Assembly: GCF_001457615.1 (NCBI RefSeq)
Contig: NZ_LN831024.1
Coordinates: forward strand, 1,560,001 to 1,592,000
Length of the DNA: 32,000 nucleotides
DNA from: Pseudomonas aeruginosa
Lineage (GTDB): Bacteria; Pseudomonadota; Gammaproteobacteria; Pseudomonadales; Pseudomonadaceae
Reading direction: 5' to 3'
Position 1 is the first letter of the stretch; every line of letters begins with the position of its first letter. Under the pieces are notes generated by a model, which saw nothing but the letters and a program-made list of their open reading frames with translations, had not been told where the DNA came from and ran no database searches. This document shows positions 8,381 to 17,411 of this stretch, piece by piece. The translations under genes were made by a program, and so were the position numbers.

Positions 8381-9250
8381 ATGAACATGGCGCAGACCCA
8401 CACCCCCGTCCCGAACCTGCAACAGCGCTTTCCCGAGCGGCTGGTGCAACTGGCCGACGGCGCCCAGCTGGCCATCCGCGAATGCGGCCAGGGCCCGGTG
8501 GTGGTGCTGTTGCACGGCATCGGTTCGGGCTCGGCGTCCTGGCTGCATTGCGCCCAGCGCCTGGCCGCCGGCAATCGGGTGATCGCCTGGGACGCGCCGG
8601 GTTACGGCCTGTCCACGCCGCTGCCGCCGGCCCGGCCCAAGGCCTGCGACTACGCCGCGTGCCTGGAGCTGCTGCTGGATGCGCTGGGCGTGGAGAGCTG
8701 CCTGCTGGTGGGCCACTCCCTCGGCGCGCTGATGGCCACGGCCTACGCCGCCGGCATCGGCGCGGCGCGGGTGCGCCGCCTGGTGCTGCTCAGCCCGGCG
8801 CGCGGCTACGGCGCCGCCGAGCTGCGCGACAGCGGCGCCCAGGTGCGCCGCCAGCGCCTGGAGAACCTGGAGCGCTTCGGTATCGACGGCATGGCCAGCG
8901 AGCGCACCGCGCGCCTGCTCGGCCGCAACCCCAGCGAGGAGGCCCTGGCCTGGGTGCGCTGGAACATGGCGCGGCTCAACCCCGAGGGCTACCGCCAGGC
9001 CGTCGAGCTGCTCTGCGGCGACGACCTGCTGGGCAACGGGCAGCCTGCCGCTCCTTGCGAGGTGCATTGCGGCGAGGACGACGGCATCACCACGCCCGAG
9101 AGTTGCGGCGCCATCGCCCGCCAGCTCGGCGCGTCGTTCTCGTCGATTCCCGGGGCCGGCCACGCCAGCCCGATCGAACAACCCGAAGTGGTCGCAGGAC
9201 GCATCGGCCACGCGCAACGCCTCTCTCTTGAAGGAACCGCCAATGGATAA
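8381..9250 (+). CDS. Alpha/beta-fold hydrolase (C-C hydrolase / enol-lactonase-like)
   Basis: Oxyanion HG (LLHGIGSG), nucleophile elbow GHSLG, C-terminal GAGHASPIE histidine. The ATG at 8381 is 8 nt after the cupin stop. Confidence 0.88.
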   Translation: MNMAQTHTPVPNLQQRFPERLVQLADGAQLAIRECGQGPVVVLLHGIGSGSASWLHCAQRLAAGNRVIAWDAPGYGLSTPLPPARPKACDYAACLELLLDALGVESCLLVGHSLGALMATAYAAGIGAARVRRLVLLSPARGYGAAELRDSGAQVRRQRLENLERFGIDGMASERTARLLGRNPSEEALAWVRWNMARLNPEGYRQAVELLCGDDLLGNGQPAAPCEVHCGEDDGITTPESCGAIARQLGASFSSIPGAGHASPIEQPEVVAGRIGHAQRLSLEGTANG

Positions 9251-10076
9251 GTCAGACGATTCGCAAGACAAGTACATCGTGCCTGGCCTCGAACGCGGCC
9301 TGCTGCTGCTCTGCGAGTTCAGCCGGAAGGACCGTACCCTGACGGCGCCGGAGTTGGCGCGGCGCCTGAAGCTGCCGCGCTCGACCATCTTCCGCCTGCT
9401 GACCACCCTGGAGGCCATGGGCTTCGTCACCCGCAACGGCAACGAGTACCGCCTGGGCATGGCGGTGTTGCGCCTGGGCTTCGAGTACCTGGCCTCGCTG
9501 GAGCTGACCGAACTCGGCCAGCCGCTGCTGAACCGCCTGTGCGACGAGATCCGCTACCCCTGCAACCTGGTGGTGCGCGACGGCCGTTCGATCGTCTACG
9601 TGGCCAAGGTTTCGCCGTCCACCCCGCTGAGCAGCTCGGTGAACGTCGGGACCCGGTTGCCGGCCCACGCCACGGTGCTCGGCCGCATCCTGCTGCAGGA
9701 CCTGAGCCTGGGCGAGCTGCGCGAGCTGTACCCGGAGGAGCAGCTGGAGCAGTTCTCGCCGAACACCCCGCGCAGCGTGCTGGAACTCTTCGACATGGTC
9801 CAGGGCGACCGCCAGCGTGGCTTCGTCCAGGGCGAGGGGTTCTTCGAGGCGAGCATCTCCACCGTCGCGGCGCCGGTACGTGATCACAGCGGTCGCGTCA
9901 TCGCGGCGATGGGGGCGACCATCGCCGCCGGGCATATCGACCCGGAACGCATCGAGGGACTGGTCAGCCGGGTGCGCAGCAGCGCCGACGAGCTGTCGTA
10001 CCTGCTCGACTACCGCGCCGACGGCCAGGACAACGTTACCCCGATCTTCCGGAGTCGCCCGCATGAAACCGTATGA
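9243..10076 (+). CDS. IclR-family transcriptional regulator, embedded in the operon
   Basis: N-terminal winged HTH (LTAPELARRLKLPRSTIFRLLTTLEAMGFV) plus a C-terminal IclR effector domain. AAGGAA lies 6 nt upstream of the ATG at 9243. The gene overlaps the upstream gene by 8 nt and the downstream gene by 14 nt. Confidence 0.9.
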   Translation: MDKSDDSQDKYIVPGLERGLLLLCEFSRKDRTLTAPELARRLKLPRSTIFRLLTTLEAMGFVTRNGNEYRLGMAVLRLGFEYLASLELTELGQPLLNRLCDEIRYPCNLVVRDGRSIVYVAKVSPSTPLSSSVNVGTRLPAHATVLGRILLQDLSLGELRELYPEEQLEQFSPNTPRSVLELFDMVQGDRQRGFVQGEGFFEASISTVAAPVRDHSGRVIAAMGATIAAGHIDPERIEGLVSRVRSSADELSYLLDYRADGQDNVTPIFRSRPHETV

Positions 10077-10860
10077 CCTGTCCGAGGCGGTGGCGGTGGT
10101 CACCGGCGGTTCCTCCGGGATCGGCCTGGCCACGGTGGAACTGCTGCTGGAGGCAGGCGCCGCCGTGGCTTTCTGCGCTCGCGACGGCGAGCGCCTGCGT
10201 GCCGCCGAGTCCGCGCTACGCCAGCGCTTCCCCGGGGCGCGCCTGTTCGCCAGTGTCTGCGACGTGCTGGATGCGTTGCAGGTGCGCGCCTTCGCCGAAG
10301 CCTGCGAGAGAACGCTGGGGTGCGCCAGCATCCTGGTGAACAACGCCGGCCAGGGCCGCGTCTCGACCTTCGCCGAGACCACGGACGAGGCCTGGAGCGA
10401 GGAACTGCAACTGAAGTTCTTTTCCGTCATCCACCCGGTACGCGCTTTCCTGCCGCAACTGGAAAGCCGCGCCGACGCGGCCATCGTCTGCGTCAACTCG
10501 CTGCTGGCCAGCCAGCCGGAGCCGCACATGGTGGCTACCAGCGCGGCCCGCGCCGGGGTGAAGAACCTGGTGCGCTCCATGGCCTTCGAGTTCGCGCCTA
10601 AGGGCGTACGGGTCAACGGCATCCTCATCGGCCTGGTCGAGTCCGGCCAGTGGCGGCGCCGTTTCGAAGCCCGCGAAGAGCGCGAGCTGGACTGGGCGCA
10701 ATGGACCGCGCAGCTGGCGCGGAACAAGCAGATTCCCCTGGGACGCCTGGGCAAGCCGATCGAGGCGGCCCGCGCCATCCTGTTCCTCGCATCTCCCCTG
10801 TCTGCCTATACGACGGGCAGTCATATCGACGTTTCCGGAGGGTTGTCCCGTCATGCGTAA
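10063..10860 (+). CDS. Atypical SDR-fold protein lacking the catalytic Tyr/Lys
   Basis: TGGSSGIG and NNAG motifs are present. The YxxxK position reads TSAAR when aligned to YSASK of the SDR at 7067-7828. GGAG lies upstream of the ATG at 10063. Confidence 0.85.
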   Translation: MKPYDLSEAVAVVTGGSSGIGLATVELLLEAGAAVAFCARDGERLRAAESALRQRFPGARLFASVCDVLDALQVRAFAEACERTLGCASILVNNAGQGRVSTFAETTDEAWSEELQLKFFSVIHPVRAFLPQLESRADAAIVCVNSLLASQPEPHMVATSAARAGVKNLVRSMAFEFAPKGVRVNGILIGLVESGQWRRRFEAREERELDWAQWTAQLARNKQIPLGRLGKPIEAARAILFLASPLSAYTTGSHIDVSGGLSRHA

Positions 10861-12535
10861 CGCAAGCCAAGTCACCGTCGGCGCCGCCATCGCCGCCTTC
10901 CTCGAACAGTGCGAGGTGAAGGCCGCCTTCGGGGTGATCTCGATCCACAACATGCCGATCCTCGATGCCTTCGCCAGCCGCGGCAACATCCGTTTCGTGA
11001 TGGCCCGCGGCGAGGCCGGGGCGGCCAACATGGCCGATGCCTACGCCCGCACCAGCGGTGGCCTGGGCGTGTGCCTGACCAGCACCGGAACCGCCGCCGG
11101 CAACGCTGCCGGGGCGCTGGTCGAGGCGCTCACTGCCGGCACCCCGCTGCTGCACCTGACCGGGCAGATCGAAACCCCCTACCTGGATCGGAGCCTCGCC
11201 TACATCCACGAGGCGCCGGACCAGTTGAGCATGCTCAAGGCCATCTCCAAGGCGGCCTTCCGCGTGCGCAGCGTCGACACCGCCATCAGCACCCTCAAGC
11301 TGGCCGTGCAAACCGCCCTGACCGCGCCCGCCGGCCCGGTGAGCGTGGAAATCCCGATCGATATCCAATCGGCGCTGATCAACCTGCCGGCCGACCTGTC
11401 GCCGCTGCCGGTGCCGGTGGCCAGGCCCTCCGAGCAAGCCCTGGACGACCTAGCCGAGCGTTTCGCCCAGGCGCGGCGACCGATGCTCTGGCTGGGGGGC
11501 GGTGCCCGGCATGCCGGCCCGCAGGTACAACGCCTGCTGGCCATGGGCGTGGGCGTGGTCACCAGCACCCAGGGGCGTGGCATCGTCCCGGAAGACGACA
11601 CGCGTTCCCTCGGCGCCTTCAACCTGAACAAACCGGTGGAGCGGTTCTACCAGAGCTGCGACGCCATGCTCGTGGTGGGCTCGCGCCTGCGCGGCAACGA
11701 AACCCTCAAGTACGAACTCAAGCTCCCGCGTCCGCTTTACCGGGCAGACGCCGATGCCACGGCGGAGGGCCGCTGCTACCCCAGCGATTTCTTCGTCTGC
11801 GGCGATTCCGAACGGGTCCTCAAGGGGCTCGCCGACCGCCTGGAAGGGCGCCTGTCGGTGGACCCGGCCTTCGCCGCGGATCTCGCCGCCGCGCGCAACC
11901 AGGCCCGCGCCCAGTTGGTGGACGGCCTTGGCCCCTACGCTTCGCTGGTGGAGCAACTGCAGGCGCTGGCCGGCCGCAATTTCAACTGGGTGCGCGACGT
12001 CACCGTCTCCAACAGCACCTGGGGCAACCGCCACCTGAATATCTTCAGCCCCCGCGCCGGCGTCCACGCCCTCGGCGGTGGCATCGGCCAGGGCCTGGCC
12101 ATGGGCATCGGCGCGGCGGTCGGCGCGGCGGAAACCGCGCCTGGGCGCAAGACCTTCGTGCTCGCCGGCGACGGCGGCTTCATCCTCAACCTGGGCGAAC
12201 TGGCCACCGCCGTGCAGGAGCGGGCCGACATGCTCATCGTGCTGATGAACGACCAGGGCTACGGGGTGATCAAGAACATCCAGGACGCCGCCTACGGTGG
12301 CCGCCGCTGCTACGTCGACCTGCACACCCCGGACTACGCCCAACTGTCGGCTTCCCTCGGCCTGCGTCATGCCAAGGTCAGCGATCTGAAGGATTTCAGC
12401 GCCGTGCTCGATGGCGCCCTGGCCGAGCCAGGTCCCTTCCTGCTGGAGGTGGACATGCTCGCGGTGGGCAGCTTCAAGAGCATTTTCGCCGGCCCGCCGA
12501 CCAACGATGCCAAGACCGACAAGGCCACCGCCTGA
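10853..12535 (+). CDS. Thiamine-diphosphate-dependent enzyme (acetolactate synthase / benzoylformate decarboxylase / Xsc-like family)
   Basis: 560 aa with an N-terminal PYR domain carrying the catalytic Glu (RGEAGAANMADAYAR). The ThDP/Mg motif is GDGGF..(N)..NDQGYG. The start overlaps the upstream stop by 8 nt. Confidence 0.9.
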   Translation: MRNASQVTVGAAIAAFLEQCEVKAAFGVISIHNMPILDAFASRGNIRFVMARGEAGAANMADAYARTSGGLGVCLTSTGTAAGNAAGALVEALTAGTPLLHLTGQIETPYLDRSLAYIHEAPDQLSMLKAISKAAFRVRSVDTAISTLKLAVQTALTAPAGPVSVEIPIDIQSALINLPADLSPLPVPVARPSEQALDDLAERFAQARRPMLWLGGGARHAGPQVQRLLAMGVGVVTSTQGRGIVPEDDTRSLGAFNLNKPVERFYQSCDAMLVVGSRLRGNETLKYELKLPRPLYRADADATAEGRCYPSDFFVCGDSERVLKGLADRLEGRLSVDPAFAADLAAARNQARAQLVDGLGPYASLVEQLQALAGRNFNWVRDVTVSNSTWGNRHLNIFSPRAGVHALGGGIGQGLAMGIGAAVGAAETAPGRKTFVLAGDGGFILNLGELATAVQERADMLIVLMNDQGYGVIKNIQDAAYGGRRCYVDLHTPDYAQLSASLGLRHAKVSDLKDFSAVLDGALAEPGPFLLEVDMLAVGSFKSIFAGPPTNDAKTDKATA

Positions 12536-12545
12536 GGCTCTCGCC

Positions 12546-13349
12546 ATGCTGAATATCGTCATGATCGGCTGCGGCGCCATCGGCGCCGGCGTCCTGGAAC
12601 TGTTGGAAAACGATCCGCAACTGAGGGTCGATGCGGTGATCGTTCCTCGCGACTCCGAGACCCAGGTCCGCCATCGCCTGGCCAGCCTGCGCCGGCCGCC
12701 GCGGGTACTCAGCGCGCTGCCGGCCGGAGAGCGCCCCGATCTTCTGGTGGAGTGCGCCGGGCACCGCGCCATCGAGCAGCACGTGCTGCCGGCGCTGGCC
12801 CAAGGCATTCCCTGCCTGGTGGTCTCGGTGGGCGCGCTGTCCGAGCCGGGCCTGGTGGAGCGCCTGGAAGTCGCGGCGCAAGCCGGAGGCAGCCGCATCG
12901 AGCTGCTGCCCGGCGCCATCGGCGCCATCGATGCGCTGTCGGCGGCCAGGGTCGGTGGCCTCGAGTCGGTGCGCTACACCGGGCGCAAGCCGGCGAGCGC
13001 CTGGCTGGGGACGCCGGGCGAGACGGTCTGCGACCTGCAGCGCCTGGAGAAGGCGCGGGTGATCTTCGACGGCAGCGCCCGCGAGGCGGCGCGGCTCTAT
13101 CCGAAGAACGCCAATGTCGCCGCCACCCTGTCGCTCGCCGGCCTCGGCCTGGACCGCACCCAGGTGCGCCTGATCGCCGACCCCGAAAGCTGCGAGAACG
13201 TGCACCAGGTGGAAGCCAGCGGCGCCTTCGGCGGCTTCGAACTGACCTTGCGTGGCAAACCGCTGGCGGCCAACCCGAAGACATCGGCGCTGACCGTGTA
13301 CAGCGTGGTCCGAGCGTTGGGCAACCACGCCCACGCGATTTCGATCTAG
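12546..13349 (+). CDS. Aspartate dehydrogenase-like NAD(P) amino-acid dehydrogenase (PA3505-like)
   Basis: N-terminal Rossmann motif IVMIGCGAIG. The 267-aa length and C-terminal pattern (ANPKTSALT) fit the NadX/AspDH family. GAGG lies 8 nt upstream. Confidence 0.8.
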   Translation: MLNIVMIGCGAIGAGVLELLENDPQLRVDAVIVPRDSETQVRHRLASLRRPPRVLSALPAGERPDLLVECAGHRAIEQHVLPALAQGIPCLVVSVGALSEPGLVERLEVAAQAGGSRIELLPGAIGAIDALSAARVGGLESVRYTGRKPASAWLGTPGETVCDLQRLEKARVIFDGSAREAARLYPKNANVAATLSLAGLGLDRTQVRLIADPESCENVHQVEASGAFGGFELTLRGKPLAANPKTSALTVYSVVRALGNHAHAISI

Positions 13350-13360
13350 GGACGACTACC

Positions 13361-14845
13361 GTGATTGACCTGAACCCGATCCAACCCATCTGCATCGCCG
13401 GCGAGTGGCGAGCGGGCGGCGGCGACCTCTACGAAAGCCTCTATCCGGCCACCGGCGAGGCCGTCGCCCGCCTGCATGCGGCCAGCCTGGAGGACGTGGA
13501 GGAAGCCATGGCCGGCGCCCACCGCGCCTTCCGTGAGAGCGGCTGGGCCCAGCGCAAGCCTCATGAGCGGGCCACCGTGCTTTATCGTATCGCCGCGCTG
13601 ATCCGCGAGCGCAGCGAAGAACTGGCGCAGTTGCAGCGCCTGGACAACGGCAAGCCGATCAGGGAAACCCGCAACCTGGTGGCCAGCGCCGCCGCCACCT
13701 TCCAGTTCTTCGCCGCCGCCTGCGAGACCCTGGAGGAAAGCATCACGCCGTCGCGCGGCGACTTCGTCAGCATGAGCGTGTACGAGCCCATGGGCGTGGT
13801 GGTTGCCATCACCCCGTGGAACTCGCCCATCGCCTCCGAGGCGCAGAAGCTCGCCCCGGCCCTGGCCGCCGGCAACGCGGTGGTGGTCAAGCCGGCCGAG
13901 ATCACCCCGCTGGCCGCCCTGGCGCTGGCGCGCATCTGCGATGAGGCCGGCCTGCCGCGTGGGCTGGTCAGCGTGCTGCCGGGCAAGGGCGCGCTGATCG
14001 GCGATGCCCTGACCCGCCACCCCCTGGCCAGGCGCGTGTCCTTCACCGGCGGCACCCGCACCGGCAAGCACATCGCGCGCATCGCCGCCGACAAGATGAT
14101 GCCGGTGTCCCTGGAACTGGGCGGCAAGTCGCCGACCATGGTGCTGGCCGACGCCGATCTCGACCACGCGGTGGCCGGCGTGCTCTATGGCATCTTCAGT
14201 TCCAGCGGCGAATCCTGCATTGCCGGCTCGCGGTTGTTCGTCGCCAGCGAGCGCTACGACGAATTCATGGAGCGCCTGGCCACCGGCGCCGCGGCCCTGC
14301 GCGTCGGCAACCCGGCCGACGAGCGCACCCAGATGGGCCCGCTGATCAGCGCGCGGCACCGCGAGTCGGTGGAGCGCTATGTCGAGATGGGCGTGGCCGA
14401 GGGCGGTCGCCTGCGCACGGGGGGCGTACGTCCCCATGGCGCAGCCTTCGATCGTGGCTACTTCTACACCCCGACCATCATCGAAGGCCTCACCAACGAC
14501 GCCCGCCTGTGCCAGGAGGAAGTCTTCGGCCCGGTGCTGGTGGCCATGCCTTTCGACAGCGAAGAGGCCCTGATCGAAGAGGCCAACGACAGCTGCTACG
14601 CGCTGGCCGCCGGCATCTGGACACGCGACTTCCAGCGCGCCTGGCGGCTCGGCCGCGCCGTGCAGGCCGGCACCGTGTGGATCAACACCTACAAGCAGTT
14701 CTCCATCTCCACCCCCTTCGGCGGCTGGCGCGACAGCGGCCTGGGCCGCGAAAAGGGCCGCCTGGGGATACTCCAGTACATGGAGCAGAAGAGCCTCTAC
14801 TGGGGCCTGAACGAACAGCCGCTGGCCTGGGCCGGCAGCCACTGA
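13361..14845 (+). CDS. NAD(P)-dependent aldehyde dehydrogenase
   Basis: Motifs ELGGKSP (catalytic Glu) and GESCIAGSR (catalytic Cys), plus FGGWRDSGLGRE. GTG at 13361 is the first plausible start after the upstream stop, with AGGGA 8 nt upstream. The track ORF from 12752 is an extension. Confidence 0.88.
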   Translation: MIDLNPIQPICIAGEWRAGGGDLYESLYPATGEAVARLHAASLEDVEEAMAGAHRAFRESGWAQRKPHERATVLYRIAALIRERSEELAQLQRLDNGKPIRETRNLVASAAATFQFFAAACETLEESITPSRGDFVSMSVYEPMGVVVAITPWNSPIASEAQKLAPALAAGNAVVVKPAEITPLAALALARICDEAGLPRGLVSVLPGKGALIGDALTRHPLARRVSFTGGTRTGKHIARIAADKMMPVSLELGGKSPTMVLADADLDHAVAGVLYGIFSSSGESCIAGSRLFVASERYDEFMERLATGAAALRVGNPADERTQMGPLISARHRESVERYVEMGVAEGGRLRTGGVRPHGAAFDRGYFYTPTIIEGLTNDARLCQEEVFGPVLVAMPFDSEEALIEEANDSCYALAAGIWTRDFQRAWRLGRAVQAGTVWINTYKQFSISTPFGGWRDSGLGREKGRLGILQYMEQKSLYWGLNEQPLAWAGSH

Positions 14846-14858
14846 TGAGGAAGACGCG

Positions 14859-15824
14859 ATGAGCGTATCGGGAATCGACGAAATCACCTACGGCGTGGAA
14901 GACCTGGCCACCAGCGCGCGTTTCTTCGCCGACTGGGGCCTGGCGCAGGTCGAGGCGAGCGAGGACCAGGTGGTCTTCGAAAGCCTCAACGGCTGCCGCG
15001 TGATAGTCGCGGCGCGGGACAAGCCCGGCCTGCCGCCGGCCATCGAGGAAGGCTCGACCCTGCGTGAAGTGGTTTGGGGCGTGGAGAGCGAGGCGGACCT
15101 CAAGCTGTACGCCGAGCGCATCGCCAATGATCCCGGCTTCATCGAGGGCGAGGGCCGTATCGGCTGCACCGACCCGAACGGTCTGGCCGTGCGCTTGCAG
15201 GTCACCCGTAAACGCGACATCCAGGTGGCCTGCGGCCAGTCCAACACCTGGCAGTTCAAGGGCCGGATCAACCAGGCCAGCCCCATCTACGAACGTGCGC
15301 AGCCCGTCGAAGTCGGCCACGTGGTGTTCTTCGTCAAGGACGTCAACGCCTGCGAACGCTTCTACCGCGAGCGCTTCGGCTTCGTCTGCTCCGATCGCTA
15401 TCCGAATCGCGGCGCCTTCCTGCGTTGCGCGGAGGAGGGCGGCCACCACGACCTGTTCATGCTGCAACTGCCGCAACCGCGCGCCGGCCTGAACCACGTG
15501 GCGTTCACCGTGCGCGATATCCATGAGGTGTTCGGCGGCGGCATGCACATCGCCCGCTGCGGCTGGGATACCGAGATCGGCCCGGGTCGGCATCCGGTGT
15601 CCTCGGCGTACTTCTGGTACTTCCGGAACCCCGCCGGCGCCCTCGTCGAGTACTACGCCGACGAGGACCAACTGACCGGCGAGTGGCAGGCCCGCGAGTT
15701 CGAACCTGGCCCTACGGTATTCGCCGAATGGGCCATCGCCGGTGGCCTGGACGGCAATACCCGGCGACAGAAAAGCGTCGAGGCACCGCAGGGCCGGTTC
15801 CTCACCGACAAACCCAGGAGTTGA
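14859..15824 (+). CDS. Two-domain VOC (glyoxalase/extradiol dioxygenase) family protein
   Basis: Duplicated VOC modules. The C-terminal module carries HVVFFV, NHVAFTV and VEYYADE, candidate His/His/Glu metal ligands. GAGGAAG lies upstream of the ATG. Confidence 0.8.
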   Translation: MSVSGIDEITYGVEDLATSARFFADWGLAQVEASEDQVVFESLNGCRVIVAARDKPGLPPAIEEGSTLREVVWGVESEADLKLYAERIANDPGFIEGEGRIGCTDPNGLAVRLQVTRKRDIQVACGQSNTWQFKGRINQASPIYERAQPVEVGHVVFFVKDVNACERFYRERFGFVCSDRYPNRGAFLRCAEEGGHHDLFMLQLPQPRAGLNHVAFTVRDIHEVFGGGMHIARCGWDTEIGPGRHPVSSAYFWYFRNPAGALVEYYADEDQLTGEWQAREFEPGPTVFAEWAIAGGLDGNTRRQKSVEAPQGRFLTDKPRS

Positions 15825-15831
15825 GACGAGC

Positions 15832-16149
15832 ATGAGCGACACCTTGTTGCTGACCGTGCTGCTCCGGCACGACCAGTCGAAGAATCTCGACGAGATCCAG
15901 GCCCGCATGAAGGCCATGGACTGGTGGGAGCGCTTTCCGGGAGAGGGCGTGGCGATCGTTTCTTGGACCGTCGCCATGGGCCTCGGCCAGATCGTCACCC
16001 TGCGCCTGCCGCCGGCCCTGCTGCCACGCGTCAACGTCGAACTGGAGCGCTCCGCCTGGGGCGTGTTCCGCACCGAATGCTACCCGACCTACGACTTCGT
16101 CCCGGTTCGCGAAACCATCCGCGAACGGGTCCGCACTGGAGGCCAATGA
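15832..16149 (+). CDS. Small hypothetical protein (105 aa)
   Basis: High GC3 throughout. AGGAG lies upstream of the ATG at 15832. It sits 7 nt after the dioxygenase gene and 1 nt before the next gene. I recognise no motif. Confidence 0.7.
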   Translation: MSDTLLLTVLLRHDQSKNLDEIQARMKAMDWWERFPGEGVAIVSWTVAMGLGQIVTLRLPPALLPRVNVELERSAWGVFRTECYPTYDFVPVRETIRERVRTGGQ

Positions 16150-16150
16150 C

Positions 16151-16369
16151 ATGCAAGACCGTTACCTCGAACCCCATCAGGCCCGTACCCGCGAGCCGAA
16201 CGCCTTCGAAGACCTGCTCGGCGATTCCATCGAGCGCGCCTACGCCGCCGGCCTGCACGACCTGCCGGGGCTGCTCGGCTACCTCAACCAGGCCGGCCCG
16301 ACCTGCCCGGGCGGCGGTCCCTGGACCGAGGAAGCCTACAAGACCCTGATGGCCCGCCTGGGCGCGTGA
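16151..16369 (+). CDS. Small hypothetical protein (72 aa)
   Basis: High GC3. GGAGG lies 8 nt upstream of the ATG at 16151. A C-terminal GGGPWTEEAYKTLMARLG segment resembles recombinase-like HTH mini-domains, but this is a weak impression. Confidence 0.65.
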   Translation: MQDRYLEPHQARTREPNAFEDLLGDSIERAYAAGLHDLPGLLGYLNQAGPTCPGGGPWTEEAYKTLMARLGA

Positions 16370-16391
16370 ATTCCCCCGAGAGGAAACCGCT

Positions 16392-17411
16392 ATGAGCACC
16401 GTGAACCCTGTTGAACAGCTTCTCGCCAACGGCCTGAAGAACCTCTGGTACCCGATCTGCCCGGTGGGCTTCATCGAGGACAAGCCGGTGTCCCTGCGCC
16501 GCCTGGGCTACAAGCTGGCCGTCTGGCGCGATACCGACGGCACCCTGCATGCCCTCGAAGACCATTGCCCGCACCGTGGCGCGCCGCTGTCGCGCGGGGT
16601 GAACCTGGGCGACCGCCTGCAATGCCCCTACCACGGCGTGGAAGTGCGCTGCGACGGCGTTACCGCCCGCGTGCCCGGCAGCCCCGGCTGCAAGCTGGAA
16701 GGCAGCCAGGCCACGCGCTTCTTCCACATCACCGAGGCGGCCGGCGCCGTGTGGCTGTACAACTCGGCGGGCAATGTCGAGGAAGCCCCGCCGCTGGTGC
16801 TGCCCGAGCAACTGACCGACCCCGAGTTTTCCCACTTCCTCTGCTATACCGAGTGGCGCGGCGACTACCGCTACGTGCTGGACAACGTCATGGACCCCAT
16901 GCACGGCACCTACCTGCACAAGCAGTCGCACTCCATGTCCGAGGGCGAAAGCCAGGCACGCTTCGTCACCCGCGACACCGACACCGGCTTCATCTTCGAG
17001 AAGGACGGCCAGCGCGGGGTCAACTTCGACTGGACCGAATGGGCCGACACCGGGATGCACTGGATGCGCCTGGAGATTCCCTATCCGAAGACCGGCGGCC
17101 CGGGTGGCAACTTCCATATCGTCGGCAGTTACACGCCGATCGCCCGCGACCTCTGCGCGGTGTTCCACTGGCGTTGCCGGCCGCTCACCGGCTGGCAGCG
17201 TGACACCTGGCGGTTCCTCTACAGGAACCGCCTGGAGGCGCGTCACTGGGCGGTGCTGGAGCAGGACCGGGAAATGCTCGAATTCATGGAGCCGGACGCC
17301 AACCAGCGGGAGAACCTCTACCAGCACGACCTCGGCCTGGTGCGCCTGCGGCGGCACCTGAAGAACCTGGCCAAGGCCCAGCTGGAACTGATCGAGGCCC
17401 GGCAACTGTGA
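16392..17411 (+). CDS. Rieske [2Fe-2S] non-haem iron oxygenase, alpha subunit only (class IA, VanA/TsaM/KshA-like)
   Basis: Rieske motif CPHRGAPLS..(N)..CPYHG. Mononuclear iron motif DPMHGTYLH. 339 aa with no beta-subunit gene. GAGAGGA lies upstream of the ATG. Confidence 0.9.
   Translation: MSTVNPVEQLLANGLKNLWYPICPVGFIEDKPVSLRRLGYKLAVWRDTDGTLHALEDHCPHRGAPLSRGVNLGDRLQCPYHGVEVRCDGVTARVPGSPGCKLEGSQATRFFHITEAAGAVWLYNSAGNVEEAPPLVLPEQLTDPEFSHFLCYTEWRGDYRYVLDNVMDPMHGTYLHKQSHSMSEGESQARFVTRDTDTGFIFEKDGQRGVNFDWTEWADTGMHWMRLEIPYPKTGGPGGNFHIVGSYTPIARDLCAVFHWRCRPLTGWQRDTWRFLYRNRLEARHWAVLEQDREMLEFMEPDANQRENLYQHDLGLVRLRRHLKNLAKAQLELIEARQL

Noticed and set aside
9252-14887. Long minus-strand ORFs (9252-10778, 10625-11437, 11450-12928, 12474-13334, 13346-14887) opposite the catabolic operon.
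   Set aside because: Same high-GC antisense artefact. None has an SD or start context or any recognisable domain, and the sense genes are unambiguous.
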